NCBI GenBank assembly: GCA_963727445.1
Contig: CAVSGI010000010.1
Span: 320,001-384,000 of the forward strand
Source of the DNA: an uncultured delta proteobacterium
GTDB taxonomy: Bacteria > Myxococcota_A > Polyangia > Polyangiales > B10-G4
Direction of reading: 5' to 3'
DNA: 64,000 nt
Shown here piece by piece: positions 19,687 to 29,897 of the stretch; positions within the stretch are counted from its first letter, which is position 1; each line of letters starts with the position of its first letter. Made by a program: the position numbers and the translations under genes. The notes beneath the pieces are model-generated. The model was given only the letters and a program-made list of their open reading frames with translations. It searched no databases and was not told the DNA's origin.

Positions 19687-20847
19687 TCAGTCGAGGACGC
19701 GCAGCAGGGTGACCTTCAGATAGTCGCCCTCGACGAAGGCGGCGATGTGCGGGTGATCCGCCGCGGCGCGCGCGCGACTCAGCACCTGGGTGATGCGCTT
19801 CGCCTTTCGCGCGCCCTCGGCGAGGGTCTCGTCGAAGGCGTCCGGACGCACGTGGCTCGAGCACGACGCTGCCAGGTAGAGGCCTCCGTTCGACAGCCGC
19901 CCGAGACAGGCGGCGTGAAGCTGCGCGTAGGCCTCGAGGGCACCTTCGAGGGCGTCGGCGCGGGGCGCGAAGCTCGGCGGGTCCGCGACGATCACGTCCC
20001 ACCGGCCGCGATCGGCGTCGAGGAACTTCCGCGCGTCCGCGGCCACCCCGCGATGCACCGCGGGCGCGAGCCCGTTTTCGCGCCAGCTCTCCTCGGCGAG
20101 AGCGATGGCGGGCGCCGCCAGGTCCACCGTCACCACCTCGCGGGCGCCTCCGAGCCCCGCCGCGACCGAAAAGCCGCCGGTGTAGCCGTACAGGTTCAGA
20201 ACGCGCGCGTCCTTCGCGATGCCGCGCACGGTGAAGCGGCTCTCGCGATGATCGAGGAAGAGCCCCGTCTTCTGGCCCCTGGCGATGTCGGCGACGAGCT
20301 TCATCCCGTGCTCACGCACCACCACGCGATCGCGCGCCGGGCCGAAGCGGATCTGGGCGCGGCTCTTCGGCCCGCGCCCGCTTCGCTCCACCAGCGTCTC
20401 GACCCCGCGCGCTTCGAGCGTGTCGCGCAGCGGAGCGAGGATGGCCTCGCGATGCGCCGCGACCGCCTCCGTGTCGAAGCGCAGCACGGCCGCGTCTCCA
20501 TACACGTCGCAGACGACGCCCGCGAGGCGGTCGCCCTCGCCGTGGAGCAGCCGGTAGGCGTCGGTGTCGGCGGGCACCACGCGATCGCGGAGCTCCGCCG
20601 CTCGCTCGATCCGCTCCGCGAAGAACGCCGCATCGATGGGACGGTCCTCGGTCGTCCACACCCGCACGGCGATGGGGCCCTCGTCCGCGACCCCCCGGGC
20701 GAGGAAGCGGCCGCGCCAATCGAGGACGGTCACGATCTCGCCGCGGGAGGCCCCGCCTTTCAGCGCTTCGCGGTAGAGCCAGGGATGGCCGCGCTTGACG
20801 GCGCGCTCCAGGGGTCGGCGGAGGGAGAGGGCGGGGGTGCGGGCCAC
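19687..20847 (-). CDS. RlmI-family class I SAM-dependent rRNA methyltransferase
   Basis: PUA-like GHPWLY, YRLLHGEGDRLAG, GQKTGLFLDHR, VLNLYGYTGGFS, DPPSFA, SCS. Confidence 0.9.
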   Translation of the reverse strand: MARTPALSLRRPLERAVKRGHPWLYREALKGGASRGEIVTVLDWRGRFLARGVADEGPIAVRVWTTEDRPIDAAFFAERIERAAELRDRVVPADTDAYRLLHGEGDRLAGVVCDVYGDAAVLRFDTEAVAAHREAILAPLRDTLEARGVETLVERSGRGPKSRAQIRFGPARDRVVVREHGMKLVADIARGQKTGLFLDHRESRFTVRGIAKDARVLNLYGYTGGFSVAAGLGGAREVVTVDLAAPAIALAEESWRENGLAPAVHRGVAADARKFLDADRGRWDVIVADPPSFAPRADALEGALEAYAQLHAACLGRLSNGGLYLAASCSSHVRPDAFDETLAEGARKAKRITQVLSRARAAADHPHIAAFVEGDYLKVTLLRVLD

Positions 20848-20870
20848 GGCGCTATGGTAGTGTCTTTCGC

Positions 20871-21656
20871 ATGTCGACACGGGCATGGCTGGTTGGTCTC
20901 TGTCTCGGAGCGGCGGCTCTCTTCGCGGGCTGTCTCGCGCCCCGCGCGGTGGACCTCCACGGCAAGAGCTGTCCCTGCGCCGAGGGCTGGGTCTGCGACA
21001 CCGCCACCGATACCTGCATCTTCAACGGCAACGGGAGCGGTGGCGGCGACGGAAGCGTCGTGACCGACTCGGGCGCTGGGGACACCGGCCTCCCCGGCGA
21101 CGGGGGTGGTGACACCGGGACGATGACGGACGGCTCGCCGATGGATACCGGCATGGCGGGCGCGGTGATGGTCTTCGTGGAGGCCGAGTCCGGGATGCTG
21201 CAGGCGCCGATGGCGACCGGCACGGACGCCGCTGCATCGGGGGGAAGCTACGTCTCCTCCGCGACCGCCTCTGCCGACATCGCGAACCCGATGGGCACCG
21301 ACGGGCGGGTCCGCATCAGTTTCGACGTCCCGGCGATGGGCACCTACCGCATCTGGGGCCGCGTCAAAACCGGTCCGGACGACGGCATGGGCAACAACGA
21401 CCCCGACTCGTTCTGGGCGTGCGTCGACGCCGATCCCCCGAACGCCACCGATTGCATCCAGTGGAACAACATCCCGGGCAACGACGCCTTCGAGTGGGAC
21501 GACATCCACGACAGCGACAACGGCGACATGGCCGTCGACTTCACGCTCGCCGCCGGCGCCCACCAGCTCGACGTCTACGTGCGTGAAGCCGGCACTCAGC
21601 TCGACCGGGTGCTGGTCACCGACGACCTGACGCTGATGGCCGCGTCGATTCCCTAG
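20871..21656 (+). CDS. Lipoprotein with C-terminal carbohydrate-binding-like beta sandwich
   Basis: Lipobox FAGC, 'CPCAEGWVC' module, Gly/Asp linker, VEAESG...GTYRIWGRV...DSFW...REAGTQLDRV. Confidence 0.72.
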   Translation: MSTRAWLVGLCLGAAALFAGCLAPRAVDLHGKSCPCAEGWVCDTATDTCIFNGNGSGGGDGSVVTDSGAGDTGLPGDGGGDTGTMTDGSPMDTGMAGAVMVFVEAESGMLQAPMATGTDAAASGGSYVSSATASADIANPMGTDGRVRISFDVPAMGTYRIWGRVKTGPDDGMGNNDPDSFWACVDADPPNATDCIQWNNIPGNDAFEWDDIHDSDNGDMAVDFTLAAGAHQLDVYVREAGTQLDRVLVTDDLTLMAASIP

Positions 21657-22069
21657 TCGAAGGTCCCCGACAGGCTCACGGACCCGGGCCCTATCTCGAG
21701 TCGTGCGGTGTTCCCGCTCGCGCCGGTGCGCGAAGGCCGGGTGAACTCCACGGCGGTCCAGCTGATGCCGAAGAGCAAGAGGGAGCCGCCGAGGACGAGC
21801 ATGACGTTGGAGAGGGTGGTGAAGGAGTCGCCGGTGGCGACGCTGCCAGCCGCGGTCTCGTGGACCGGATCGTTCTCGGCCGAGTCGTAGGCGCTCCCGG
21901 CCAGCGCGGCGAAGATGCCGCCGAAGGCCAGTCCCACACCCCCGACACCCATCACCACCAGGGGAGCCGGGCTCGGGGGGTCCTGGGCCTGGGCCGGAGC
22001 GGGGGAAGAGCTGAAAACGACGACAGCCATGGCCGTCACGACGAAAGACGCTCGCCAGCGGGAGATCAT
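21653..22069 (-). CDS. Hypothetical secreted/membrane protein
   Basis: Signal peptide ending AQA, two hydrophobic segments, C-terminal 'GPGSVSLSGTF' typical of myxobacterial proteins. Confidence 0.65.
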   Translation of the reverse strand: MISRWRASFVVTAMAVVVFSSSPAPAQAQDPPSPAPLVVMGVGGVGLAFGGIFAALAGSAYDSAENDPVHETAAGSVATGDSFTTLSNVMLVLGGSLLLFGISWTAVEFTRPSRTGASGNTARLEIGPGSVSLSGTFD

Positions 22070-22181
22070 CGGCGCCGAGGATAACAGGACCCCGGTCGTG
22101 GGTGGCGTCGCTCTCGTCCGGGTGGTATATCGCCGCCGCTCCCTCGGGAGCCGGGCGCCGAAGCTTCGGCCCAGGCGTTCG

Positions 22182-22270
22182 AAATCACACACACTTCCCG
22201 GTCAAACGGGCGAACCGGTGCCCCTCCCTTCCGAGGGGTCTTCGTTCCGCGGGAAGTGGAGGCCAAACCG
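22182..22270 (+). promoter_or_regulatory. rpsB (S2) leader, putative autogenous regulatory RNA
   Basis: CACACAC-ACTTCCCG...CGGTGC...CGGGAAGT-GGAGGC: ACTTCCCG/CGGGAAGT pair, and the CACACAC, GGTGC and GGAGGC motifs match my recollection of S2 leaders; directly upstream of rpsB. Confidence 0.65.
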
Positions 22271-22279
22271 GAGGAAGTC

Positions 22280-23248
22280 ATGACCGAGAACACCACGCCG
22301 GCCGACAAGGCCGAAGAAGGCGCCGAGCAGTCGGCCGCCGCAGCCGACGCCCCGCCCCCCGCCGCTCCCGCCGCTCCCGCCGAGGCCTCGCCCGAGGCTG
22401 CAACCGAGAGCAGCGCGATGGCTACCGTCGGCAACTCGCCCGTCGCCAGCGGAGACCTGCCCATCGGCCTGCGCGCCCTGATCGACGCGGGCGTGCACTT
22501 CGGGCACCAGACCCGCCGCTGGAACCCGAGGATGCGCCCCTACATCTACGGCGCCCGCAACGGCATCCACATCATCGACCTCGACCAGACGGCGCTGCTC
22601 TTCAAGCGCGCCTACGAGTTCGTCGTCGAGGCGGTCGCCCGCGGCGGCCACGTGCTCTTCGTCGGCACCAAGCGCCAGGCGGTGGACGTCATCCGCGAGG
22701 AGGCCGAGCGCGCGGGTCAGTTCTACGTCACCGGCCGCTGGCTCGGCGGCACGCTCACCAACTTCCGCACCGTGAAGGGCGCCATCGAGCGCCTGCGCGA
22801 GCTCGAGCGCGATGTTCGAGGACGGCACGGCCGAGGCGCTGCTCCAAGAAGGAGCAGATGCGCCTCCGCCGCGAGCAGGAGCGGCTCGAGAAGTTCATCG
22901 GCGGCATCAAGATGATGAACACGCCTGCCGTCGCGTCCTCTTCGTCATCGATCCCGCACCACGAGCACATCGCGGTCCGCGAGGGCGCGCAAGCTCCACA
23001 TCCCGATCGTCGCGCTCACCGACACCAACTGCGATCCCGACCTGATCGACTTCGTGGTGCCGGGCAACGACGACGCGATCCGCTCGATCAAGCTCATCAC
23101 CTCGCGCATCGCGGACGCCTGCATGGGGGCGCAGCAGCGTCGCCGTGAGTGCGGTGCAGCAGGGCTACGCTCCGCCAGAGCTCGGCGGGGCGTGCAGGTC
23201 GAGTTCCAGCGTGGCCGCCGTCGTGGTGGTCGCGGCAGGGCCGTCTGA
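22280..23248 (+). CDS. rpsB: 30S ribosomal protein S2; several apparent frameshifts between about 22810 and 23200, so the 3' end is approximate
   Basis: [41 protein letters not shown]...[12 protein letters not shown] in other frames. Confidence 0.95.
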
Positions 23249-23280
23249 AGCGGTCGTTCATCTCGAGAAGAGGCAGGAAG

Positions 23281-23958
23281 ATGACCAAGGTCACCGCTCA
23301 GCAGGTCAAGGCGCTGCGTGATCGCACCGGCGCCGGCATGATGGATTGCAAGAACGCGCTCATCGAAGCCGAAGGCAACGAGGACGCCGGCAGTCGACAT
23401 CATCCAGAAGAAGGGGCTGGCCAAGGCGGCGAAGAAGGCCGGCGCCATCGCCGCCGAGGGCGTGATCCACGCCTACATCCACCCCGGCAGCCGCGTCGGC
23501 GTGCTCGTCGAGATCAACTGCCAGACCGACTTCGTCGCCCGGAACGAGGAGTTCCAGGAGTTCGTGAACAACGTCGGGATGCAGATCGCTTCGATGACGC
23601 CGGAGTTCGTCAGCGAAGAGAGCATCGACGACGCGACGGTCGAGGCGAAGAAGGAGTTCTTCAAGGAGCAGCTCGAGGAAGAGGAGCGGCAGACCGGCAA
23701 GAAGAAGCCCGCCGCCGCCCTCGACAAGATCATCGAAGGCAAGGTGAACAAGTGGAAGGAGGAGGCTTGCCTCCTCGACCAGGCCCTCGTCACGGACGAG
23801 GAAGGCCGCACCGTCGGTGACATCCAGAGGCGCTCAGCGGGAAGATCGGCGAGAAGATCAGCGTTCGCCGCTTCGTCCGCTACGAGCTCGGCGAGGGCAT
23901 CGAGAAGAAGAAGGTGGATCTCGCGGCCGACGTCGCGGAGACCCTCGCGGGCGCCTGA
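23281..23958 (+). CDS. tsf: Elongation factor Ts (short form); apparent frameshifts near 23388 and 23825-23840
   Basis: [29 protein letters not shown]...[31 protein letters not shown]. Confidence 0.95.
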
Positions 23959-23968
23959 TGGTCACTCG

Positions 23969-24700
23969 ATGACCGAGCTCGCTTACTCGCGCATGATGTT
24001 GAAGCTCTCCGGCGAGGCCCTCTGCGGCCGCGTCGGGGGCTTCGGCGTCGACCCCGAGACGCTTCACACCATCAGCGTCGAGCTCGCGGAGGTGGCGAAC
24101 CTCGGGGTGGAGCTCTCCATCGTCATCGGCGGCGGCAACATCTTCCGCGGCCTGAGGGGCAGCGCCTCGGGGATGGACCGCGCGAGCGCCGACTACATGG
24201 GCATGCTGGCGACGGTGATCAACGGCATCGCGCTCCAGGACGCGCTCGAGAAGCTCGGGGTCAGCACGCGTCTGATCAGCGCTCTCGACATCCGCCAGGT
24301 CGCCGAGCCGTACATTCGGCGGCGCGCGGTGCGGCACCTCGAGAAGAGGCGGGTCGTCATCTTCGTCGCCGGCACCGGCAATCCCTACTTCTCCACCGAC
24401 ACCGCGGCGGCGCTGCGCGCGATGGAGATCCAGGCGCAGGTGCTGCTCAAAGCGACCAAGGTCGAAGGGATCTACGACAAGGATCCCGCCGAGCACGAAG
24501 ACGCCAAGATGTTCCGGCGCATCAGCTACGACAGGTTCCTCACCGAGCGGATCGGGGTGATGGACTCCACCGCCGTGACGCTGTGTCGCGAGAACAAGCT
24601 GCCCATTCGCGTGGTCAAGCTCGCGAAACGAGGGAACATCAAGCGGGTGGTCCTGGGCGAGGACCTCGGGACGCTGGTAACCGAGTCGGGAGAGGGGTAA
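23969..24700 (+). CDS. pyrH: Uridylate kinase
   Basis: [42 protein letters not shown]; rpsB-tsf-pyrH-frr order. Confidence 0.97.
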   Translation: MTELAYSRMMLKLSGEALCGRVGGFGVDPETLHTISVELAEVANLGVELSIVIGGGNIFRGLRGSASGMDRASADYMGMLATVINGIALQDALEKLGVSTRLISALDIRQVAEPYIRRRAVRHLEKRRVVIFVAGTGNPYFSTDTAAALRAMEIQAQVLLKATKVEGIYDKDPAEHEDAKMFRRISYDRFLTERIGVMDSTAVTLCRENKLPIRVVKLAKRGNIKRVVLGEDLGTLVTESGEG

Positions 24701-24710
24701 AACCCCGCCC

Positions 24711-25268
24711 ATGCTCGACGAGATTCTGGAAGACCTGAAGTCTGCCGGCGCCAAGGCGCACGATTCGCTCAAGCGAGAGCTCACCCGCATCCGAACGGGG
24801 CGCGCGAACCCGGATCTGCTGCAGTCGATCAAGATCGACTACTACGGCACGCCCACGCCGCTGCAGCAGATGTCGAACATCACCGTTCCCGAAGCGCGCA
24901 TGCTGATGGTGAAGCCCTTCGAGAAGAGCATGGTGAAGGTCGTCGAGAAGGCGATCATGGAGGCCGGGCTCGGGCTCAACCCGATGTCCGACGGTGAGCT
25001 GCTGCGCATTCCGATGCCGCCGCTGACCGAGGAACGGCGCAAGGAGCTCGCGAAGGTGGCCCGGGCCGCAGGCGAGGATTGCAAGGTGGCCATCCGCAAG
25101 GCCCGCCACGACGCCAAGGACATGATCGACGAGATGCAGAAGTCCGGCGACGCGAGCGAGGACGACTGCGAGCGCGCCAAGAAGGAAATGGAAGAGATCG
25201 TGAAGGGCCTCGGCGCCCGCACCGACGAGATCGTCGCTTCGAAGGAAGCCGACATCATGGAGGTCTGA
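24711..25268 (+). CDS. frr: Ribosome recycling factor
   Basis: IRTGRANP, DYYG, PPLTEERRKELAK, KEADIMEV. Confidence 0.97.
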   Translation: MLDEILEDLKSAGAKAHDSLKRELTRIRTGRANPDLLQSIKIDYYGTPTPLQQMSNITVPEARMLMVKPFEKSMVKVVEKAIMEAGLGLNPMSDGELLRIPMPPLTEERRKELAKVARAAGEDCKVAIRKARHDAKDMIDEMQKSGDASEDDCERAKKEMEEIVKGLGARTDEIVASKEADIMEV

Positions 25269-25299
25269 GAGACCCCGGAGCGGGGTACCATTGGGGTGA

Positions 25300-27309
25300 A
25301 TGTGGCTCCTGCTCCTCTTCGCGTTCGGCTGCGGCGGCGACGACTCGATCAGCGATGCATCGACGGGTGACGCGACCGCCGACGGAGGTCTCGGCGTCAC
25401 GCCGCCGGCCTCCGCATCTCCCCCGGTGCTGACGCCCTGCGCCAGCGGCTGGCTCGAGGCCGATGTGGACGGCTTCACCATCTGTGAGCCCTGGGCCGAC
25501 GTGACGGTGCCCGACTGCACGGACATCGCAGGGGGCGCGGCGCTCCCGGGACAGAGCGCCTGCGTCTCCCTCGGCACGCCTTGCCCGGCGGGCGACTTTC
25601 CGGAGGGGCTTCCCGCCGGCGCGACCGTGCACCACGTGTCGGCCTCCGCCGCGGCAGGCGGCGACGGTTCCGCCGGCGCACCCTTCGCCACCATCGGTGC
25701 AGCGATGAGCGTCGCGCGCACTGACGACGTCATCGCCATCGCCAAGGGTCGCTACGACGAGATCGTGGTCGCGCGCGCCGGCGTGACGCTCTGGGGAGCC
25801 TGCCCCGCAGAGACCGTCCTGACCTCGTCTTCGCCCCATCGGGACGACGGCGTGATCGTCCTCGGCGGAAATGGGATCGTCGTCCGCAATCTGAGCATCC
25901 GGGACGGCGCGCGATCCGGGATCTCGACCGGGAGTAGCAACGCCGGCGCGATGATCGAGGACGTCGTCATCGACGGCGCCGCGAGCTGGGGCGTGTATCA
26001 GGATGCCGGTGCGCTCTCCCTCGATGGGGTGGCGCTGAGGAACACCGGCGTGGCCGCGCTCGCCGTCGTCGGGGGCGAGATGGACGCCGGCCGCTTGGAG
26101 ATCCTCGCGAGCGGAGAGCTCTCCGTCTATGCCGAGGGGACGAGCGCGACGGCGCGGGTCTCGGATGCCACGATCCGCGAGACGCGGCCCGACGCGGGAG
26201 GTGACTTCGGCTGGGCCCTCCTCGCCCAGGGAGGAGCCACGATCGAAGCGACGCGCGTGGCGATCGTCGACAACCACGACGCCGCGGTGTCCGCCGGTCC
26301 GACGGGGCGCATCGTCCTCCACGATGCGCTCGTGGCCCGGACCGCGACCCGCATGTTCGACGACGCCTGGGGCCGCGGGATCAGCGCCCAGAACGGTGCG
26401 GTCGAGGTCGAGCGCGTGAGCGTCCTCGACAGTCACGTCGAGGCCATCCACCTCGACCAGCCGGACAGCGATTCGTCACTCCGCGACGTCTTCGTGGCGC
26501 GGATCCTTCCCCGCATGGACGGCCGCGGTGCGCGCGGCCTCGCGCTGTCCAATGGGGCCACCGCGATTGTGGAGCGCATCGCCATCGTCGACGGCGCCGA
26601 GACGGGTGTCTTCGTCCACGGCGAGGGGACCGAGCTCACCATCAGCGACGTCACCGTCCGCGACATCGAGTCGCAGCCCTCCGACCAGCTCTGGGGACGC
26701 GGCATGAGCGCCGACCAGAGCGCCGTGCTCACGGTGGAGCGCGCGCTGATCGAACGCTGCCGCGACGTGGGCCTTCTGGCACGCGCGGGCTCTACTCTGG
26801 TGGCGCGCGACGTCGCCATCCACGACGTGCGCAGCCGTGCGCTCGACCTCTCCTACGGTCGGGGCGTGGAGGTCTCTCTCGACGCCACCGCCACCATCGA
26901 GCGAGCGGAGATCGCGCGGGTACGCGAGGCGGGGGTGCTCGCGGCGGCCGGGAGCACGGTGCAGCTCTGTGACCTGGTGATCGACACGGTGCTGGCGCGC
27001 GACTGTGCACAGAGCGGCTGCGCCGACGGGCCTGCGACCTACGGGATGGGCCTCGCCGCGGCGGCGGCCACCATCGACGCGACCCGCTTCTCCATTCACG
27101 ACGCCCATCTATGCGGCGCGCAGATCGCCGACGAAGGAGCGCTGGACCTCAGCGTGGGCACGATCAGCGGCGCCGAGGTCGGCGTGTGCATTCAGGTCGA
27201 CGGATACGATATCGACCGCCTGACCGACCAGGTCGAGTACGTCGACAACGGCGCCAATCTCGAAGCCACCTCGCTGCCCGTTCCGGCCACGGGCGACGCC
27301 GCGCCCTGA
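25300..27309 (+). CDS. Lipoprotein with right-handed parallel beta-helix repeats (paralog of 33130-35349)
   Basis: Lipobox FAFGC; GDGS..APFATI..A; repeated 'G..G.G......GAT...ER..I.D....GV' units. Confidence 0.8.
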   Translation: MWLLLLFAFGCGGDDSISDASTGDATADGGLGVTPPASASPPVLTPCASGWLEADVDGFTICEPWADVTVPDCTDIAGGAALPGQSACVSLGTPCPAGDFPEGLPAGATVHHVSASAAAGGDGSAGAPFATIGAAMSVARTDDVIAIAKGRYDEIVVARAGVTLWGACPAETVLTSSSPHRDDGVIVLGGNGIVVRNLSIRDGARSGISTGSSNAGAMIEDVVIDGAASWGVYQDAGALSLDGVALRNTGVAALAVVGGEMDAGRLEILASGELSVYAEGTSATARVSDATIRETRPDAGGDFGWALLAQGGATIEATRVAIVDNHDAAVSAGPTGRIVLHDALVARTATRMFDDAWGRGISAQNGAVEVERVSVLDSHVEAIHLDQPDSDSSLRDVFVARILPRMDGRGARGLALSNGATAIVERIAIVDGAETGVFVHGEGTELTISDVTVRDIESQPSDQLWGRGMSADQSAVLTVERALIERCRDVGLLARAGSTLVARDVAIHDVRSRALDLSYGRGVEVSLDATATIERAEIARVREAGVLAAAGSTVQLCDLVIDTVLARDCAQSGCADGPATYGMGLAAAAATIDATRFSIHDAHLCGAQIADEGALDLSVGTISGAEVGVCIQVDGYDIDRLTDQVEYVDNGANLEATSLPVPATGDAAP

Positions 27310-27346
27310 GGCGTTCGCCCGATCACGGGTGCTATCCTCCATCTCC

Positions 27347-28060
27347 ATGTCCTTTAGGTGGCGGTTCGGAGTCGGGCTCGGGGTTCTGGGCGCTTTCGGC
27401 GCGGCGTGTGGGGGCGGCCACATGTCGTTGCCACCCGACGAATCGACCGACCTCGAGAGCGGCGGTGGCGACGTGCGCGAGGCTGAGAACCCGCGGCCCG
27501 TGGGGGCGGCGTTTCCCGCCGCCGCCGAGATCCAGGAGGCCTCGGCGAGCGGCGCGATCGAACGGATCGCGCCCGAGGCGCGCCCAGGAGGGACGATGGC
27601 GACGCGGGTGGTGATCGCGGGCGACGCCGAGGAGGCCCAGCGCTCGTTCCTCGTCATGCTCCCCGACGAGGTGCCCCTGCCCTTCGCCGTCGGCGACACG
27701 GTCGCCCTCCGCATCGAGACACTCCCAGGTCCGCCGACCTGGCAGCCCATGGATCTCGTCGTCACGGACGCGGATGGAGGATTGCTCCTCATGAACGGCG
27801 TCACCGCGCCGGACGGCTGGAGCCTGGAGATCGCCGGCGAAGCGGCGAGCGTCGATCGCGGCGACTACGACGAAGTCGAGCGCTACGTGAGCCTCACGCA
27901 CGAAGGGACGACGGCTGTCACCGATCGCGGTCGCTGGCGACGCCTCGAAGCGCCCGACGGAGCGTGGTTCGTCGCGGGCAGCGCGAGGGACGTGGAAGGC
28001 GACTCTCTTCCGCCGGATAGCGGTCCATCCCACGCCATCATGATCGTTCGCGGCCGCTGA
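27347..28060 (+). CDS. Hypothetical lipoprotein
   Basis: Hydrophobic leader ending GAAC; ORF fills the gap between genes. Confidence 0.6.
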   Translation: MSFRWRFGVGLGVLGAFGAACGGGHMSLPPDESTDLESGGGDVREAENPRPVGAAFPAAAEIQEASASGAIERIAPEARPGGTMATRVVIAGDAEEAQRSFLVMLPDEVPLPFAVGDTVALRIETLPGPPTWQPMDLVVTDADGGLLLMNGVTAPDGWSLEIAGEAASVDRGDYDEVERYVSLTHEGTTAVTDRGRWRRLEAPDGAWFVAGSARDVEGDSLPPDSGPSHAIMIVRGR

Positions 28061-28148
28061 ACGGCCCGCACACCGACTCGGCATAGTCGCGCCCTGCCGG
28101 TCGTCAAGGACACCTTGTCTACGCGACACGTGTGACTAGGGCACCGGT

Positions 28149-28530
28149 ATGGACACGAACAAGCTCGATACGAATGCGCTCTTCACTCAGTACGTCAACG
28201 TCGTCAACAAAGCGCTCACCAGCCACGAGGAGTTCCCGTTGAAGCAGCTCACCAAGGCGGGTGAGAAGCTGGTCGACGGAAAGGAGATTGGAGCGGCGGT
28301 CTACAAGACCGACCCGAACAAGCCGCACGACTACTTCACTCTGACGATACGCGACGGCAGGTTTCACGCCGAGCAGGGCAAGCACCATCCCGACATCGAA
28401 TGGAAGGTGAAGCAGGAGCATCTCGAAAACGTCGTGGAGCACCCCGACGAGTTCATCGCCCACCCGTTGAAGCTCGATTCTCGACTGGCTCGGAACGCGC
28501 TTCGGTCGGTCGGGCTCGGGCGAGGCCTGA
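28149..28530 (+). CDS. Small hypothetical protein of about 126 aa; apparent 1-bp insertion near 28479
   Basis: Protein-like sequence up to 'HPLKLD' that turns Arg/Pro-rich in frame; shifting +1 gives LDWLGTRF...EA* ending at 28530. Confidence 0.65.
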
Positions 28531-28638
28531 GTCCGGCGGCGCGACCGGCGCCGAGCCGCCGGCTCTCCTGCCAGGGAACTGTCAGGATGAGGCGCTTCTC
28601 CCCTTGTGCTTTCGCGCGAGGGGCGCCAACGATCCCCC

Positions 28639-29889
28639 ATGCAACGGGTGGAGGCGCTCCTCGAGCGATACACGGCTGTCCGCCGCCAGAGCATGGCGCT
28701 TTGCGAGCCGCTCGCGGTGGAAGACCTCGTGGTGCAGAGCATGCCGGACGCGAGCCCGCTCAAGTGGCACCTCGCGCACACGACCTGGTTCTTCGACACC
28801 TTCGTCGCCGGGCCCGGCGGACGGCCCGTGGGGTCGGATGCCTACCGGCACCTCTTCAACAGCTACTACGAGACGGTGGGCTCTCCTTTTCCGCGTCCGC
28901 TTCGGGGCACGCTCTCGCGGCCGACGGTGGCCGAGGTGCGCGCCTATCGGCGCCGCGTCGACCAAGCGGTTCCGCTTGCGGTAGAGGAAGCCGCCAGCGA
29001 CACCGCGCTCTTCGCCTCGCTCCTGCGCGCCCTCGAGATCGGCATCCACCACGAGCAACAACATCAGGAGTTGATGCTCACCGACGTGAAGCACGCGCTC
29101 GGATCGAATCCGCTGAGGCCCGCCTACGACGCGACGCTCGATCTGGCGCCCGCGGTCGCTGCGCCGATGGAGATGGTGGGATTCGAAGGGGGCGTGCACG
29201 AGGTCGGTCACGCGGGTGACGGCTTCGCCTACGACAACGAGAGCCCCCGCCACCGCGTCTTCGTCGAAGACTTCTCCCTCGCGTCGCGCCTGGTGAGCAA
29301 CGAGGAGTTCGCCGCCTTCGTCGAGGATGGCGGCTATCGCTCCTCTGCGCTCTGGCTCGACGAGGGGTGGGCCTGGGTGCGCGAGCAGGGCATCGAGGCT
29401 CCGCTCTACTGGGATCCGGTTGGCGGCGGTCATGCCAGCTACACGCTCGCTGGGGTGAAGCCCCTCGACCCACACGCGCCCGTCTGCCACGTGAGCTTCT
29501 TCGAGGCCGACGCGTATGCACGCTGGGCGAACAAGCGTCTTGTCACCGAAGAGGAGTGGGAGGTCGCCGCGGCCACCGTCGATGCGTCGAGCCGCGGGAC
29601 GCTGCAGGACGACGGGGTTCTTCATCCGGTCGGGCGGCCGGCGCGCGGGAAGGTGCAGCACCTCTTCGGCGAGGTGTGGGAGCACACCGCGAGCGCCTAC
29701 CGACCGTATCCGGGCTTTTCGCCGCTCGGCGGCGCGCTCGGCGAGTACAACGGCAAGTTCATGAGCGGACAGATGGTGCTCCGCGGCGCGTCGTGCGCGA
29801 CGCCCGCGAGCCACCTCCGGGTCACGTACCGAAACTTCTTCGCGCCGCAGAAGCGGTGGCAGTTCACTGGCTTTCGCCTGGCCGAATAG
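28639..29889 (+). CDS. egtB: Ergothioneine biosynthesis sulfoxide synthase EgtB
   Basis: QSMPDASPLKWHLAHTTWFF, LFNSYYE, HHEQQHQELMLTD, GEYNGKFM, RWQFTGFRLA. Confidence 0.96.
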   Translation: MQRVEALLERYTAVRRQSMALCEPLAVEDLVVQSMPDASPLKWHLAHTTWFFDTFVAGPGGRPVGSDAYRHLFNSYYETVGSPFPRPLRGTLSRPTVAEVRAYRRRVDQAVPLAVEEAASDTALFASLLRALEIGIHHEQQHQELMLTDVKHALGSNPLRPAYDATLDLAPAVAAPMEMVGFEGGVHEVGHAGDGFAYDNESPRHRVFVEDFSLASRLVSNEEFAAFVEDGGYRSSALWLDEGWAWVREQGIEAPLYWDPVGGGHASYTLAGVKPLDPHAPVCHVSFFEADAYARWANKRLVTEEEWEVAAATVDASSRGTLQDDGVLHPVGRPARGKVQHLFGEVWEHTASAYRPYPGFSPLGGALGEYNGKFMSGQMVLRGASCATPASHLRVTYRNFFAPQKRWQFTGFRLAE

Positions 29890-29897
29890 GGGGACCG

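Noticed and set aside
23462..24700. Tsf-PyrH fusion protein suggested by the ORF track
   Set aside because: Produced by a frameshift near 23830; the true Tsf C-terminus stops at 23958 and pyrH has its own ATG at 23969.
28149..29219. 356-aa ORF overlapping egtB
   Set aside because: Sequence after about 28480 is Arg/Pro-rich off-frame read-through; a 1-bp correction ends the gene at 28530.
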